A stretch of 64,000 nucleotides of DNA, from assembly GCF_964213995.1 (NCBI RefSeq), contig NC_135812.1:16120001-16184000 (forward strand). Direction: 5' to 3'. The notes under the pieces were generated by a model, which was not told where the DNA came from, ran no database searches, and saw only the letters and a program-made list of their open reading frames with translations. Position 1 is the first letter of the stretch. Every line of letters starts with the position of its first letter. The translations under genes were made by a program, and so were the position numbers. Below are positions 1-12,639 of this stretch, piece after piece. This DNA is from Mustelus asterias. Taxonomy: Eukaryota.

Positions 1-160
1 GTTTTCCTCGGCATCTAATGACCCCTAACTGCGAACACTAAAAGAACTTCTGCATTCTTCTCTCCTTCCTGCTATGCCCGCAAGTCTTCTGTTTGAAGAA
101 ATGACTCAGAAAGGCTAAATTATTAAACAGTTGTGATATTGCCTTTCTAATCGAATCTAA

Positions 161-403
161 TCTGTGTGGAATTTGCACATTCTCCCCGTGTCTGCGTGGG
201 TTTCCTCCGGGTGCTCTGGTTTCCTCCCACAGTCCAAAGATGTGCGGGTTAGGTGGATTGGCCATGCTAAATTTCACCTTAGTGTCAGGGGGACTAGCTA
301 GGGTAAATGCATGGGATTATGGGGATAGGGCCTGTGTGGGATTGTGGTCAGTGCAGACTCGATGGGCCAAATGGCCTCCTTCTGCACTGTAGGGATTCTA
401 TGA
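161..403 (+). mobile_element. HE1-like V-SINE, 5'-truncated
   Basis: V-domain (ctccccgtgtctgcgtgggtttcctccggg) and CR1-like tail ending gattctatga. Confidence 0.85.
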
Positions 404-501
404 AAGGTTTTTTTTTGCACTTTTATTCTCCTTTCAACAAACAATAGAAATAGGCAGACTGGATTTGGTTGTGATTCTTACAGGAAACTAGTAGAGCTAG
501 C

Positions 502-744
502 TGATGCGCTATCAATAAGGCGAAAGACTACCTGTGTGCCAATACAAGTGTAGGCTTTTATTCACAACAGAATCAGGAGCAGATCCCAACAAATAACCAA
601 CCTGGACTGAACAAGGGGGAGGAGACAGCCACCTTTATACTAGGTGCCGAGGGGAGGAACCAAACCGGGAGGGGATGTGTCCAGGTATGACAAACACACA
701 ACGGTGGTCCATATAGGACAAAGGCACAACTGAGGTCCACCACA
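502..744 (-). mobile_element. Solo LTR
   Basis: TG...CA termini, TATAAA then AATAAA on the minus strand, flanks ctagc/ctggc (4/5 TSD). Confidence 0.6.
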
Positions 745-764
745 CTGGCATTAATGGAACAAGC

Positions 765-1101
765 TGGCACAGTGGCTAGCACTGTTGCCTCACAGCACCA
801 GGGACCAATTCCAGCCTCAGATTGCAAACATCTCTCATTTCATCGCAAGATTTAAATCAGTGTGCAGTTTGCACGTTCTCCCCGTGTCTGCGTGAGTTTC
901 CTCCGGATGCTCTGGTTTCCTTCCACAGTCTAAAGATGTGCTGTTTAGGTGGATTGGCCATGCTAGGTTGCACCTTAGTGTTAGTGGGATTGGCAGGGTA
1001 GATGTGTGAGGTTACGGGGGTAGGGCCTGGGTGGGATTGTTGTTGGTGCAGGCTCGACGGGCCAAATGGCCTCCTCCTTCATTGTACTGCAGTGATTCTA
1101 T
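765..1101 (+). mobile_element. HE1-like SINE with internal insertion
   Basis: tRNA-like head tggcacagtggctagc, V-domain, CR1-type tail. Confidence 0.8.
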
Positions 1102-1687
1102 AGTGATATTGTAGTGAGCCTCTCGGATTCTGAATTGCCTACTCCGTTTTTCGTCCCTCATTGCTCATTGACTAAGTGTAGAGAGTAGAACGATACTGAG
1201 ACATACACCATCGGTTAAAGGCCTAAGGCCTGGTCTCTGCTCCTGTGAAGTGTCTCGACCATTATAGGAGCCCCCTGTGCCAGCACCACTCATGGACAGC
1301 ACAAGGATCCTATATGTCCGGCTGTAACACAAAAGGTACTGTCTCAGGACACTACCATTTATTGAACGGACTGAGTGGGGACACCCATTGGATTGTGTAG
1401 GACGTTTCGTTTACCCTGCCCAGTAATGCATTCTACTTATGATGCCCGAAGCATTCTTGTTCTCCTTTGTTTCTTGGTGGCCAGTTTAGGCTAAATTGCC
1501 ACCACTGAGCCAGTGACTTGCAGAACCTTTGACTTATTTTTTAAAATAAAGCAAAACTGAGTCATTTGACAATTTATATCCAGTATGTTTAAATTCCACT
1601 TTAGCTGTCTGTGGGTGAGCATTATTATTTCAATAACGAGCAGCGCTGGCACAAGTGTTGCTTGGCACAATAACTCCAGGAGTCAGC

Positions 1688-1923
1688 TGTAAAGGAACGG
1701 TGCTTTATTGGACAAAATATAGCACAAGACTGTGGTGAACACAAACAGGTCCCAAACGGGACGATACAATAATGGACCCACTCAGGGGCCTGCTTTATAC
1801 AGGGCTCAGTATATGAACTCCACCTGGTTAGTTAATTACCAATCCCCAGAGAGCTTGTATTCGATGAGTCCCCCAGGGAGGTCAATTAGTGACTCCCCAT
1901 GCAAGTCATGGGGGGTTATTACA
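1688..1923 (-). mobile_element. Probable solo LTR
   Basis: tgtaa...ttaca inverted termini, minus-strand TATAAA and AATAAA. No clear TSD. Confidence 0.5.
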
Positions 1924-2954
1924 CTTGGTGTAAAAGCAACTGTAGCAATGGAGTGGGGGGCACACTTGAGTATTGCTACACTGGGCCTCTGTGTCTCTCG
2001 GCAAGGGAGAGTTAACCGATTATTCCAGGCTCGTTGTGTGTCTATTGGGATTGGGGAAAGGGTGTGAAGGCAAGAGGAAGAAAGAATCAGCCTTCATTTT
2101 GGATCGTTAAGGAAGCCCACTTACACTTATTGCTCTGGCTCCTTTTGCTTTGTGAGGCAAGGTTAATTGGAATGGGCACTTGGAGTCTGCGACTGTACTC
2201 AGACTAAGCAAAAATGTGCAGGTTAGGTGGATTGGCCATGGTAAATTGCCCCTTAGTGTCGGGGGATTAGTAGGGTAAATATGTGGGGTTGGGCCTGGGT
2301 GGGACAGTTGTCAGTGCAGGACCGAATGGCCTCCTTCTGTACTGTAGGGATTCTATGATACTAAGCTGCCTTGGTGGACAATCAGAAGATGCATTCCTTT
2401 GTTTTATAAGTCACCCCAGGTCAGAGGTACCATTTGAGTGAACAAATTATAAATATACTTTCTCAGTTTGAGGGTTTTGCGGGGCGGAGGTAGTTGGGGG
2501 GGGGTTACTGGAGGAAGGAATCAATAGCTGGCAACTTATCTTCACCTCGCGCGTCTTAAGCCTTCTGAAGTGTTTTGTGTGCACTGTATTCTACTGCTTA
2601 AAGCTTCATGTTAGTAAAACCTGCAGAGCATTCAAATATAAATTGTGTGACATTTCTCCACAACAGCCTGGTGGGGTTGTATTGGTTATATCCAATTCCC
2701 TTCCGAGGATTGTCGAGATTATGCCACTAATACCCAGTCGATTGTTCAAATCGTCAATAAAGCCACCTGCTTTGGACAAAATTGCCAAGAGACGACTTAG
2801 ACCCGAGAGGGTCGGAATGGAGTCTGGATGAGAATAGAAATTTGCCTCCTTGGTGCATGAGAGCGGTTTACCGTACATCTGAAATTCTAGCAATCAAAAG
2901 TGGAGATGTCAGTTATCGATATGCTTTCTCTTTTAGGTTTTGAATGAAAGCAAA

Positions 2955-3765
2955 ATGGGCTGATTCCTGGGATGGACAGGACTGTCATGTGAGGACAGAC
3001 TAAGTCAGTTAGGATTATATTCACTGGAGTTTAGAAGAGTGAGAGGGGATCTCATAGAAACTTATAAAATTCTAACAAGAGGGGGTGGCGCGGTGGCACA
3101 GTGGTTAGCACTGCTGCTTCACAGCTCCAGGGACCTGGGTTTGATTCCCGGCTTGGGTCACTGGCTGTGTGGAGTTTGCACATTCTCCCCGTGTCTGCGT
3201 GGGCTTCCTCCGGGTGCTCCGGTTTCCTCCCGCAGTCCAAAGATGTGCGGGTTAGGTTGATTGGCCATGCTAAAATTGCCCCTTAGTGTCCTGGGATGTG
3301 TAGATTAGAGGGATTAGTGGGTAAAATATGTCGGGATATGGGGGTGGGATTGTGGTCGGTGCAGACTCGATGGGTCGAATGGCCTCTTTCTGTACTGTAG
3401 GGTTTCTATGATTTCTATGAGTAGACAGGGTAGCTTCAGAAAGAATGTTTCCGATGGTGGGGGAGTCCAGAACTAGGGGTCATAGTTTGAGGATAAACCT
3501 TTTAGAACTGAGGTGAGGAGAAATTTCTTCACCCAGAGGGTGGTGCATGTGTGGAATTCACTACCACAGGAAGTAGTTAAGGCCAAATGTTGTGTGATTT
3601 CAAGAAGAAATTTGATATAGCTCTTGGGGCTAAAGGGATCAAGGGATATGGGAGGAAGGCGGGATCAGGATATTGAATTTGATGATAAGCCGTGATCATA
3701 ATGAAAGGCGGGGCAGGCTCGAAGGGCCGAATGGCCCACTCCTGCTATTTTCAATGTTTCTATTA
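2955..3765 (+). mobile_element. CR1/HER1 LINE 3' fragment interrupted by a full HE1 SINE (3083-3420)
   Basis: RGDLIETYKIL motif of the CR1 ORF2 C-terminus; LINE resumes after the SINE; CR1 3' UTR present. Confidence 0.85.
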
Positions 3766-4279
3766 TCATTTATCCTCAATCGTGAGGGTTGGCGCAGGCC
3801 CGGTGGGACCATGGCAAACTTAGACTCTCTCTTTCGTGTGGCCACACCCTCCGCCAACTAAGTATATTGTGTTGAGCAGCTACTTGGTGTTTACCTGGCG
3901 AAAGATGCAACTTGTAACGGTGGACTCAGAGCAATGACTGAATTTTAAAAATAGATTCTGAGCGTAGAAGAGAAAAATGCTTTATTTTTGCTGAAATAAT
4001 TTGCAGGCACTGTTTAGCAATGCCTGGTTTCCACAGGGGAAAGAAAGCTCGCTTAAAAATTAGCATAATGGAACAGTACAGTGTTACTTGCCATGTTGTT
4101 TTAGATTTACGCACACTAAAATTGTGAAAAGAATTTAGTGCTTAGCAGTAGAATGCAGAGGTACTTTACAGAGATTATTGCCTTTATTTAAAGATTTGGA
4201 GACCATTTTGAGCATTTTTTTAACCATTGTTTTTGGAAGGGCAACTTGCTTTTCGCTGCATTTTCTCCCCTGCCCTTTT

Positions 4280-5000
4280 AATTTTATTTATTATTGTCAC
4301 ATGTATTGGAATACAGTGAAAAGTATTGTTTCTTGCGCGCTAAACAGGCAAAACATACCGTTCACAGAGAAGGAAATGAGAGAGTGGGGCGGCACGGTGG
4401 CACAGTGCTTCATAGTGCCAAGGACTCAGGTTCAATTCCGGCCTCGGGTCACTGTCTGAGTGGAATTTGCACATTCTCCCCATGTCTCCATGGGTTTCCT
4501 CCGGGTGCTCCGGTTTCTTCCCACAGTCCAAAGTGTGCAGGTTAGGTTGATTGGCCATGGTAAATTAACCCTAGTGTCAGGGGGATTAGCAGGGATAAAT
4601 ATGAAGGGTTATGGGAATAGGGTCTGGGTGGGATTGTCGTCGGTGCAGACTCGATGGGCTGAATGGCCTCCTTCTGCACTGTAAGGATTCTATGACTGAC
4701 TCTGGTGCAGAATGTAGTGTTACAGTCATAGCTGGGGTGTAGAGAACGATCAACTTAATGTAAGGTAAGTCCATTCAAAAGTCTGATGGCAGCAGGGAAG
4801 AAGCTGTTCTTGAGTAGGTTGGTACGTGACCTCACACTTTTGTATCTTTTTCTCGACGGAAGAAGGTGGAAGAGAGTATGTCCGGGATGTGTGGGGTCCT
4901 TGATTATGCTGGTTGCTTTTCCGAGGCAGTGGGAAGTGTCAACGGAGTCAATGGATGGGAGGCTGGTTTTGCGTGATGGACTGGGCTACATTCACAACCC
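4280..5000 (-). mobile_element. Rex1/Babar LINE 3' end interrupted by HE1 SINE (+, 4386-4696)
   Basis: Matches the reverse complement of the 20361-21011 copy; terminus ttattattgtcacatg. Confidence 0.8.
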
Positions 5001-5014
5001 AACTGGTGCACAAG

Positions 5015-5630
5015 TGAGGCGATGGCCTAATGGCATTACCACGAGACTATTAATCCAGTGACTCAGCTAATGATCTGGGGACCTGGGTTCGAATCCCGCC
5101 ACGGCAGCTGGTGGAATTTGAATTCAATAAAAAAAAATCTGGAATTAAGAATCTACTGATGACCATGAAACCATTGTCGATTGTCGGAAAACCCCATCTG
5201 GTTCACTGATGCCCTTTAGGGAAGGAAATCTGCCCTTCCCTAAAGGGAATTCGGGACATTAGGTCCTTACCTGGTCTGGCCTACATTCTCTCCATGTCTG
5301 CGTGGGTTTCCTCTGGGTGCTCTGGTTTCCTCCTGCAGTCCAAAGATGTGCGGGTTAGGTAGATTGGCCATGCTAAATTGCCCCTTAGTGTCGAGAGCCG
5401 AGTTAGGGTAAATGCTTGTGGTTGCGGGGATAGGGCCTGGGTGGGACTGTGGTCTGTGCAGACTCAATGGGCCAAATGGCCCCCTTCTGCATTGCAGGGC
5501 TTCGATGAAATCTTCATGACGTGTGACTCCAGACCCACAGCAATGTGGCTCACTCTTAACTGCTCTTGGGCAAATAGGGATGGGCAATAAATGCTGGTCA
5601 GCCAGTGACACATGTCCCATGAATGAATGA
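5015..5630 (+). mobile_element. Second tRNA-derived SINE family ('family B') with nested HE1 fragment (5284-5510)
   Basis: A box tggcctaatgg, B box gggttcgaatccc, tail gggatgggcaataaatgctgg...gaatgaa; about 10 copies in the window. Confidence 0.8.
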
Positions 5631-6144
5631 AAACCCTGTGCACCTGTGATGGGAGCAGGCAGCAAATAGAAACATTATCCCTTTCCTGGAAATGTTCCCT
5701 GGTATTATTTATTGAGCTATAAATAGTGCTATCATTATATTTACAGTAAAGAAGATTTCCATTTGGGGAAGGTTTTGATGACCATGAGACATTTGTTTGG
5801 GTTTATTTTTCCGTTAGGTGCTGTGGGCAAACACATTTCACTCGCAACAGCGATGCAGCAAAACACTCGTGAAGGTTTGCCGTTCAGATACACTGCTTGT
5901 GTTTTTTAAACCGATGCATTGTCGTTTGTCTTTGCAGAGTTTTGGAAGGCTCCATCCAATGGGCCAGGGCCAATTGCACCAAATTGTCCCCTTCTTCTGT
6001 CCAAAATCGGGATTATTGGTCTCTCTTACCAGACCTTGGATGGCTAGTGGGGGGAAATTGGGGTGAAGATGGCTACTCTGATGCAACAGTAGGTGCTTGA
6101 AGTTGAGGCACCTGGTGTAGAGGTGAATGCTAATCCTGCCTCGA

Positions 6145-6516
6145 TTGGTCGCACTCTTGCCCCCGAGTCAGTAGGTTGTAAGCAGAAGCCGCAGTACTGG
6201 AGGGACTGCAGCGTTGTCGAAGGTGCCATCTTTTGGGTGAGATATTAAAACTGAGGACCTGCCTGGCCCCTTGTTTGGATGTGAAAGATCCCAGAGCATT
6301 ACATAGCAGAACGGCAGGGGAATTAGCTTTGGATTCCTGGCCAGCATTTATCCCTAAATGGACATCACTAACACAATCACTGTTTTTGGGAGCTTGCTGT
6401 GCATGAATTGGGCTGCTGAGTTTCCTTCTTTACAACACTGACTGTACTACAGTGGCTCTACAGCACTTGGAGTTGTCCTGTGGGTTATGAAAGGTGCTAT
6501 ATAAATGTCAGTATTT
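6145..6516 (+). mobile_element. DeuSINE (SacSINE1-like), old
   Basis: Deu-domain motifs ggtgccatctttt, gtgaaagatccc, ggccagcatttatccct, gagcttgctgtgc; tail aaaggtgctatataaatg. Confidence 0.7.
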
Positions 6517-6570
6517 CCTGGAGCAGAAGGGAGTTTTGTTCTCTGTCTAGCTTTGCGGTCCTGACCTGGG

Positions 6571-6876
6571 AATCATAGAATCCCAACAGTACAGAATGAG
6601 GTCATTCAGCCCATTGAATCTGCACAGAAACGTGCCCATGCTTACCACAAAGCACCACATATTTACCTCACTAATCCCACTAACCTATACATCTTGGGAC
6701 ATTAAGGAGCAATTTGGCATGGCCAATCCAACCTGCACATCTTTGGACTGTGGGAGGAAACTGGAGCGTCCAGAGGAAACTCACGCAGACACGGGGAGAA
6801 TGTGTAGACTCCACAGGCTGGAATTGAACCCGGGTCCCTGGCGCTGAGGCAACAGTTCTGTGCACTGTGCCACCCA
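6571..6876 (-). mobile_element. HE1-like SINE
   Basis: Reverse complement of the HE1 pattern. Confidence 0.8.
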
Positions 6877-7124
6877 CCTTTATATGAGGTAATTTCAATG
6901 TTTGATGCCAACCTTTAGAGCAATGAGGGTGGCGCTATCACCATGGTTCGCTAATAAAAATCCGCACGAGTGCCCCTGGTGAGGATGCTAGTCAAATAAT
7001 AATCACAATGTCCAAACAAACTTTTAAAAACCCTCTCAACATAAGCAGAATTGCCCCAGCAAAAAAACAAAGGGAATCTTCACAGCTAAATTAGAACAAA
7101 ACGTCTGTTCTGTTGGTGTCAGAT

Positions 7125-7280
7125 TAATATCCATAAATTGCCAACATTTTTCTATGTTTCTGACTAATATCCATAAGTTGCCAACATTTTTCTATGTTTC
7201 TGACTAATATCCATAAGTTGCCAACATTTTTCTATGTTTCTGACTAATATCCATAAGTTGCCAACATTTTTCTATGTTTC
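7125..7280. repeat. 40-bp tandem repeat x4, next to a CR1 3' tail (~7295-7373)
   Basis: Unit taatatccataagttgccaacatttttctatgtttctgac starts at 7125, 7165, 7205, 7245. Confidence 0.95.
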
Positions 7281-7480
7281 CATAGCCTAGTAATCGCTAA
7301 GGTAGGGACATGTTCGGCACAACTTTGTGGGCTGAAGGGCCTGTATTGTGCTGTAGTTTTTCTATGTTTCTATTTATATGGGCAGCAGTAGCTAAACTAG
7401 GCAGGACCTGCTGAGATAGTAGTCCTGATGATGGAACTATATATAAATGGAAATGATCTAAAGATGTGGCTTGAATATTT

Positions 7481-7802
7481 CATAGAAACCCTACAGTGTA
7501 GAAGGAGACCATTAAGCCCATTGAGTCTGCACTGACAACAATCCCACCCAGGCTCTATCCCGTAACCCCGCATATTTACCCTGTTAATCCCCCTGACACA
7601 AAGGGGAAATTTATCATGCCCAATCCACCTAACCTGAACATCTTTGGACTGTGGGGGGGGAAACCGGAGCACCCGGTGGAAACTCTCACAGACGCGGGGA
7701 GAATGTGCAAACTCCATGCAGACAGTGACCCGAGGCCGGAATTGAATCTGGGTCCCTGGCACTGAGGCAGCAGTGCGAACCACTGTGCCGCCGTGTCGCC
7801 CC
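7481..7802 (-). mobile_element. HE1-like SINE
   Basis: Full head, V-domain and tail. Confidence 0.85.
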
Positions 7803-8156
7803 ATTTGAAGTGATGGGGGTGTGACTATTTCCACTGGCAGCCTGTTCCGTTCTGGGAATGACCTTGAAGACAGGTTGTTGATACACTGTCTTGGACACAA
7901 GTGGACTTTGTGTGGATCTTGTGTTTTGTCATTGCAGTCCAGAAGACATTGTGCTGTTCACCAATTGGGGAAAGCCTTTAGTGTACTAATGGACACTGCT
8001 TGCCCCCTCTCCACAGAGAACAAACAGGGTGTCACCCCGAGCTTTACTGTGCTTCTAACATCTCTTAAAATTCACACCACTAAAAGCTTAAGTCCTTGCT
8101 GGATGTTTCCAAGTTTCTGCCAATTCCTGTTATCCAGACTGTCTTATAAAATTGTA

Positions 8157-8435
8157 CAGTGGCACAGTGGTGAGCACTGCTGCCTCACAGCACCAGGGAC
8201 CTGGGTTCAATTCCCGGCTCGATCTCCCCGTGTCTGCGTGGGTTTACTCCGGGCGCTCCAGTTTCCTCCCACGGTCCAAAAGACATGCTGGTTAGGGTGC
8301 ATTGGCCATGCTAAATTTTCCCTCAGTGTAACCCGAACAGGTGCCAGAGTGTGGCGACTAGGGGATTTTCACAGTAACTTCATTGCAGTGTTAATGTAAA
8401 CCTACTTGTGACACTAATTTAAAAAACTTTAAACT
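8157..8435 (+). mobile_element. HE1-like SINE, alternative-tail subfamily
   Basis: HE1 head and V-domain, then ctcagtgt...cacagtaacttcattgcagtgttaatgtaa...ttgtgacactaat. Confidence 0.8.
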
Positions 8436-9227
8436 TGAAAGCTTTGGTGTCCGACTGTAGCCACAATCTGACGGGAGGGCTGTAGCAGGTCTCTGGTCTT
8501 ATTCATTTCCAATCTATTTGAGGTCTTGAATCCACGGGGAAGATTTCCTGTCAGGCTGCTGTGCTTTCACTGAAGTGGCCCCAGGTTGTGAATCGTTGAC
8601 ATTCTCAGGTTGCGGATGGTTCGAGTATATTCGAGTCTTTCTGTGAAAGAGGGGGAGGGGTAGATTTTTGGACACTAACTGAATGGAAGAAGGCGGGAAA
8701 GTGGAGTGGATGTGAAAGATCAGCCATGATCTTTCTGAATGGTGGAGCGCAGTCTCGAGGGGCCAGATAGCTCACCTCGCTGCCACTCGCTGCTCCTATT
8801 TCTCATCATGTTGGGCTCCTTTGTTGAAACGACCTTGTGTAAAGGTGAGTGGCAGGGATAATCTCCGAGGTCAGTCTGTCCGTGTTGTAAATGATGGGAG
8901 GCTTGTGGAGATCAGACAAGGGAGGGTAAGCTTCGAGGTACTGCTGCCGTGTGCCGTTTCAGAGGAAATTAATTTACCAAAAATGGAAGCGAGGCTTTAT
9001 CTGTGAAATAACCGTGGATTTGTTGGGATTTCATTTCTTCCAATTGCTTCACCTTCAATCTTTCATGTTATCTTTCTGCAATAATCATAGAATCCCTACA
9101 GGGCAGAAGGAGGCCATTCGGCCCATCGAGCCAACACCAACATTGGATCACGTTGTTGTGTGATATCCTCCCACAGCACCACTTGTAGATGTTGGCTTTT
9201 ACTAGGGTTCCACGATCATCTGTTTTG

Positions 9228-9895
9228 CGGCACAGTGGTTAGCACTGCTGCCTCACAGCGCCAGGGACCCAGATTGGATTCCTGGCTTGGGTCACAGTCT
9301 GTGCGGAGTCTGCACGTTTTCCCCGTGTCTGTGTTTCCTCTGGGTTCTCCGGTTTCCTCCCACGGTCCGAAAGACGTGCTGGTTAGGTGCAATGGCCATG
9401 TCAAATTCTCCCTCAGTGTACCCAGACTAAATTCTCCCTCAGTGTACCCAAACAGACTAAATTCTCCCTCAGTGTACCCAAACAGACTAAATTCTCCCTC
9501 AGTGTACCCAAACAGACTAAATTCTCCCTCAGTGTACCCAAACAGACTAAATTCTCCCTCAGTGTACCCAAACAGACTAAATTCTCCCTCAGTGTACCCA
9601 AACAGACTAAATTCTCCCTCAGTGTACCCAAACAGACTAAATTCTCCCTCAGTGTACCCAAACAGACTAAATTCTCCCTCAGTGTACCCAAACAGACTAA
9701 ATTCTCCCTCAGTGTACCCAAACAGACTAAATTCTCCCTCAGTGTACCCAAACAGACTAAATTCTCCCTCAGTGTACCCAAACAGACTAAATTCTCCCTC
9801 AGTGTACTCAAACAGGTGCTGGAGTATGGGGACTAGGGGATTTTCACAGCAACTTAATTGCAGTGTTAATGCAAGCCTACCTTTGACAAATAAAA
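9228..9895 (+). mobile_element. Alternative-tail SINE containing a minisatellite
   Basis: SINE head at 9228; alternative tail resumes after 9815. Confidence 0.85.
9403..9815. repeat. 30-bp minisatellite (12 identical units plus 2 variant end units)
   Basis: aaattctccctcagtgtacccaaacagact repeated perfectly over 9429-9788. Confidence 0.98.
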
Positions 9896-11614
9896 ATTTT
9901 CTTTATTAAAGAGTATTCAAATGTAAACCTAGGCATGAGAGTTAGGTTATCTGACCATGGGAGACATTGTAACAGAGTCTGATCCCAACATCCCCGCAAA
10001 CCTGTGCTTTCCCCCAAAGTAACCACAGGGCAATAATCAGGAGTTGGCTCCTTTTCACTTTACTTACGGATTAACCAGCTGATTCAGTAGCCAGATACTA
10101 TTCAGCTCATAAACTTCCAAGGGTCACCTTGCTGTCAGAGTTGGCCGCGGTGTTTGTAAGACTGTGTGGATAGGCCGGTGCTGGCTTTTATGTGTTAGTA
10201 ATGTTAATCAATAACAAATGACTGACTGCACACACACAACAGGTGAAGCATCTTTGCTTTCCCACCCCCCCCCACCCCAACTGTTGCATTACTGGGGACA
10301 GAGAGCAAAGTCCCTGCTGCTGTTGGTATCCTGCAGTGTGCAGACTTTGGAAACTGGAAGCTTGCTGTAGTCCTTGATCTCAAAGATATGCTTTGCTGCC
10401 GGTACAAGTGCCTCTGTCAGGTTTATGTAAGCAAACCCGAGGCCGTGGAAAGGAGCACACTCTGAAGCTGTGTATCTTTGAACAGTGCGACTTTTCAAGT
10501 GTACACAGTTGAAACAGTTGGCCGTTCACCCAGGTCAGCAGAACAGGGTGCAGCTGTTTTTCTTTCTAATCGATAAAACCAACAACCAACCTGTTGGCAA
10601 AATTGGACTATGGGCAAACCTGTAAAAGACCACAAGCGAGTATGGATCCCTTGGAACCATCACCCTTTGTAGATTGAATGGTACCCACAAGGGAGTGGCA
10701 CGTGATGGGACCCACGTCTAAGTTCACAAGAAAAGGGTGCGATTCATTTCCAGTCGAAAGAATATGTTCGTTTTTATCCCCCAGTGACTGGACACATGGT
10801 TCTCACGAAAATGTTTAAGTACCTTTTTTTTAGTTGGGGGAAAAGTGACCAGGAAGCCTGAAGTTAAGGTTTCTGCCATTGAAGTGTTTCTTCCGCTTGT
10901 AAATTGTTGCTTCATGTGCCCTGCTCGCTCCAACATGCCAAGAATGGGGCTGCCTAAAAAGATTGAGATTAGAGATGGCGGCAATCTTAGACTACACTGG
11001 AAACCCTCAAGTAATGTCCTTTGCAGTTCAGTTACTCGTTCTCTCTCTCTCTTGGTCTCTCTCTCTATCCAGCACCCTCTCCCCCACTGTCTATCAGAAG
11101 ACTTCTTCCACTGCTAGAGGCCACTCTGTACGTGGGCTAGTGTAATTCTGTTTCTGCTCGGCTGCACATTACCCAATAAGTGCAATGGGATAGTGTTCCT
11201 GGAGCTGATGCTCTCTATCTCCCTTTCACTCTTTCCCCATGCAGAGTCCCCCCAGGGGGATCAATTAACTTCTAAAACAGCCATCATCAGATCCATGACC
11301 TTCCTGCTAAGCCCGTCATTGGCTGGTTCACTTGTTCCCATCAAAATGCTCAGTTTCCAGTGTGATTGGAAATAAATGACTTGAAATGCATTGTTTAAGG
11401 GTTGGAAATCCCTCCAGGCCCTTTGATAGTCTGCAGGATCCTGCTTTTGGGAAAGCAAGGTTGTTCATTGCAAATGAACATTGTTCAGTGCCAAGAGGCC
11501 TCATCACTGATTCATTGGAAGTAGACACACTCAAATTTGCATTATCTTCTGCTTTGTAACTTGGAATGCTGAATGTTACACAAGAAGTAGAACTAGAAAT
11601 TCTTCAGGGATTTA

Positions 11615-11739
11615 GGGCAGAATTTTCCCATCCCGCCCACCACAGGAATCGTAGTGGGTGGGACAGGACCATGCAAAGGTCCATTGACCTTGGGTAGGAT
11701 TTTCCAGTCTTGGGGCGAGTGCGGCTGGAAAACCTGCCC
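11615..11739. mobile_element. PIF/Harbinger-type MITE
   Basis: TIR gggcagaattttcc/ggaaaacctgccc, TTA TSD. Relatives at about 39589-39705, 48416-48540 and 35957-36058. Confidence 0.7.
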
Positions 11740-12228
11740 TTAGAGTCTACAAGTTTGCAAAATATATATAAATATATTTGTTTTAATGTTGGAAAAGTGC
11801 TGGAATGTTTGGAGGACTGGATTCGGGAGTCAGGTGGAGAAGTGGGTTTGTCGCCACCAATCTTAGTTATTGAAGTGATGAGAAATGGGAAGCATGTATT
11901 GAAATAATTCCTGGTGCTTCCTGCAGGTAATGTATTTAGCTAGGATCAAGCCCAAAGTCTGGTGTAATGCCTGTTCTTTCTTGTCAGCTAAGATCCCGTA
12001 TGTTTCTTTCCGTGAGAACCAAAAATTGGATTCGATTTGAATGGTGTTTGGAGCAAGCAAGGAGATGGATTAGGGGCTTGCCCTGTCCGCTCTGCACATT
12101 GGCTTTGTACCTCTGAGAAAGGAATAATGTTTCTTTTTGAAAAGAAGGTAATGTACATTCATTCATTCAACTGCTAAAGAATCTCTGATTATTGTTCTTG
12201 AAGCTTCATCTTTATCTTGCTTGGGCTT

Positions 12229-12549
12229 TCATAGAATCATAGAATCTCTACAGGGCAGAAGAAGGCCATTCAGCCCATCGAGCCTGCACTGACCACCCAG
12301 GCCCTATCCCTGTAACCCACATGTTTACTCCGCTAATTCCCTGACACTAGGGTCAATTTAGCTTGGCCAATCAACCTAACACATACATCTTTGGACTGTG
12401 GGAGGAAACTGGAGCACCCGGAGGAAACCCATGCAGACACGGGGAGAATGTGCAAACTCCACACAGACAGTGACCCAAGGCTGGAATTGAAACTGGGTCC
12501 CTGGCACTGTGAGGCAGCAGTGCTAACCCCCACTGTGTCACCGTGCCGC
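12229..12549 (-). mobile_element. HE1-like SINE
   Basis: Reverse complement of the HE1 pattern. Confidence 0.85.
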
Positions 12550-12639
12550 TTTTTGTTGGAGTCTTTTTATTTATTCACATGATATACGCATCCGGTCATT
12601 TTCACTACCATGTTCTTATTTGGCATCTCCTGCACTAAA

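Noticed and set aside
2606-2893. Protein-like minus-strand ORF (LSRLLAILSKAGGFIDDLNNRLG)
   Set aside because: Not recognised and no exon context; a BLASTX search would be needed to revive it.
3083-3160. tRNA-like A/B-box sequences (many copies)
   Set aside because: SINE heads that continue into SINE bodies; no full cloverleaf.
9160-9909. Repetitive ORFs and CRISPR-like periodicity
   Set aside because: Head-to-tail 30-bp units with no spacers, inside a SINE; no cas genes; vertebrate DNA.
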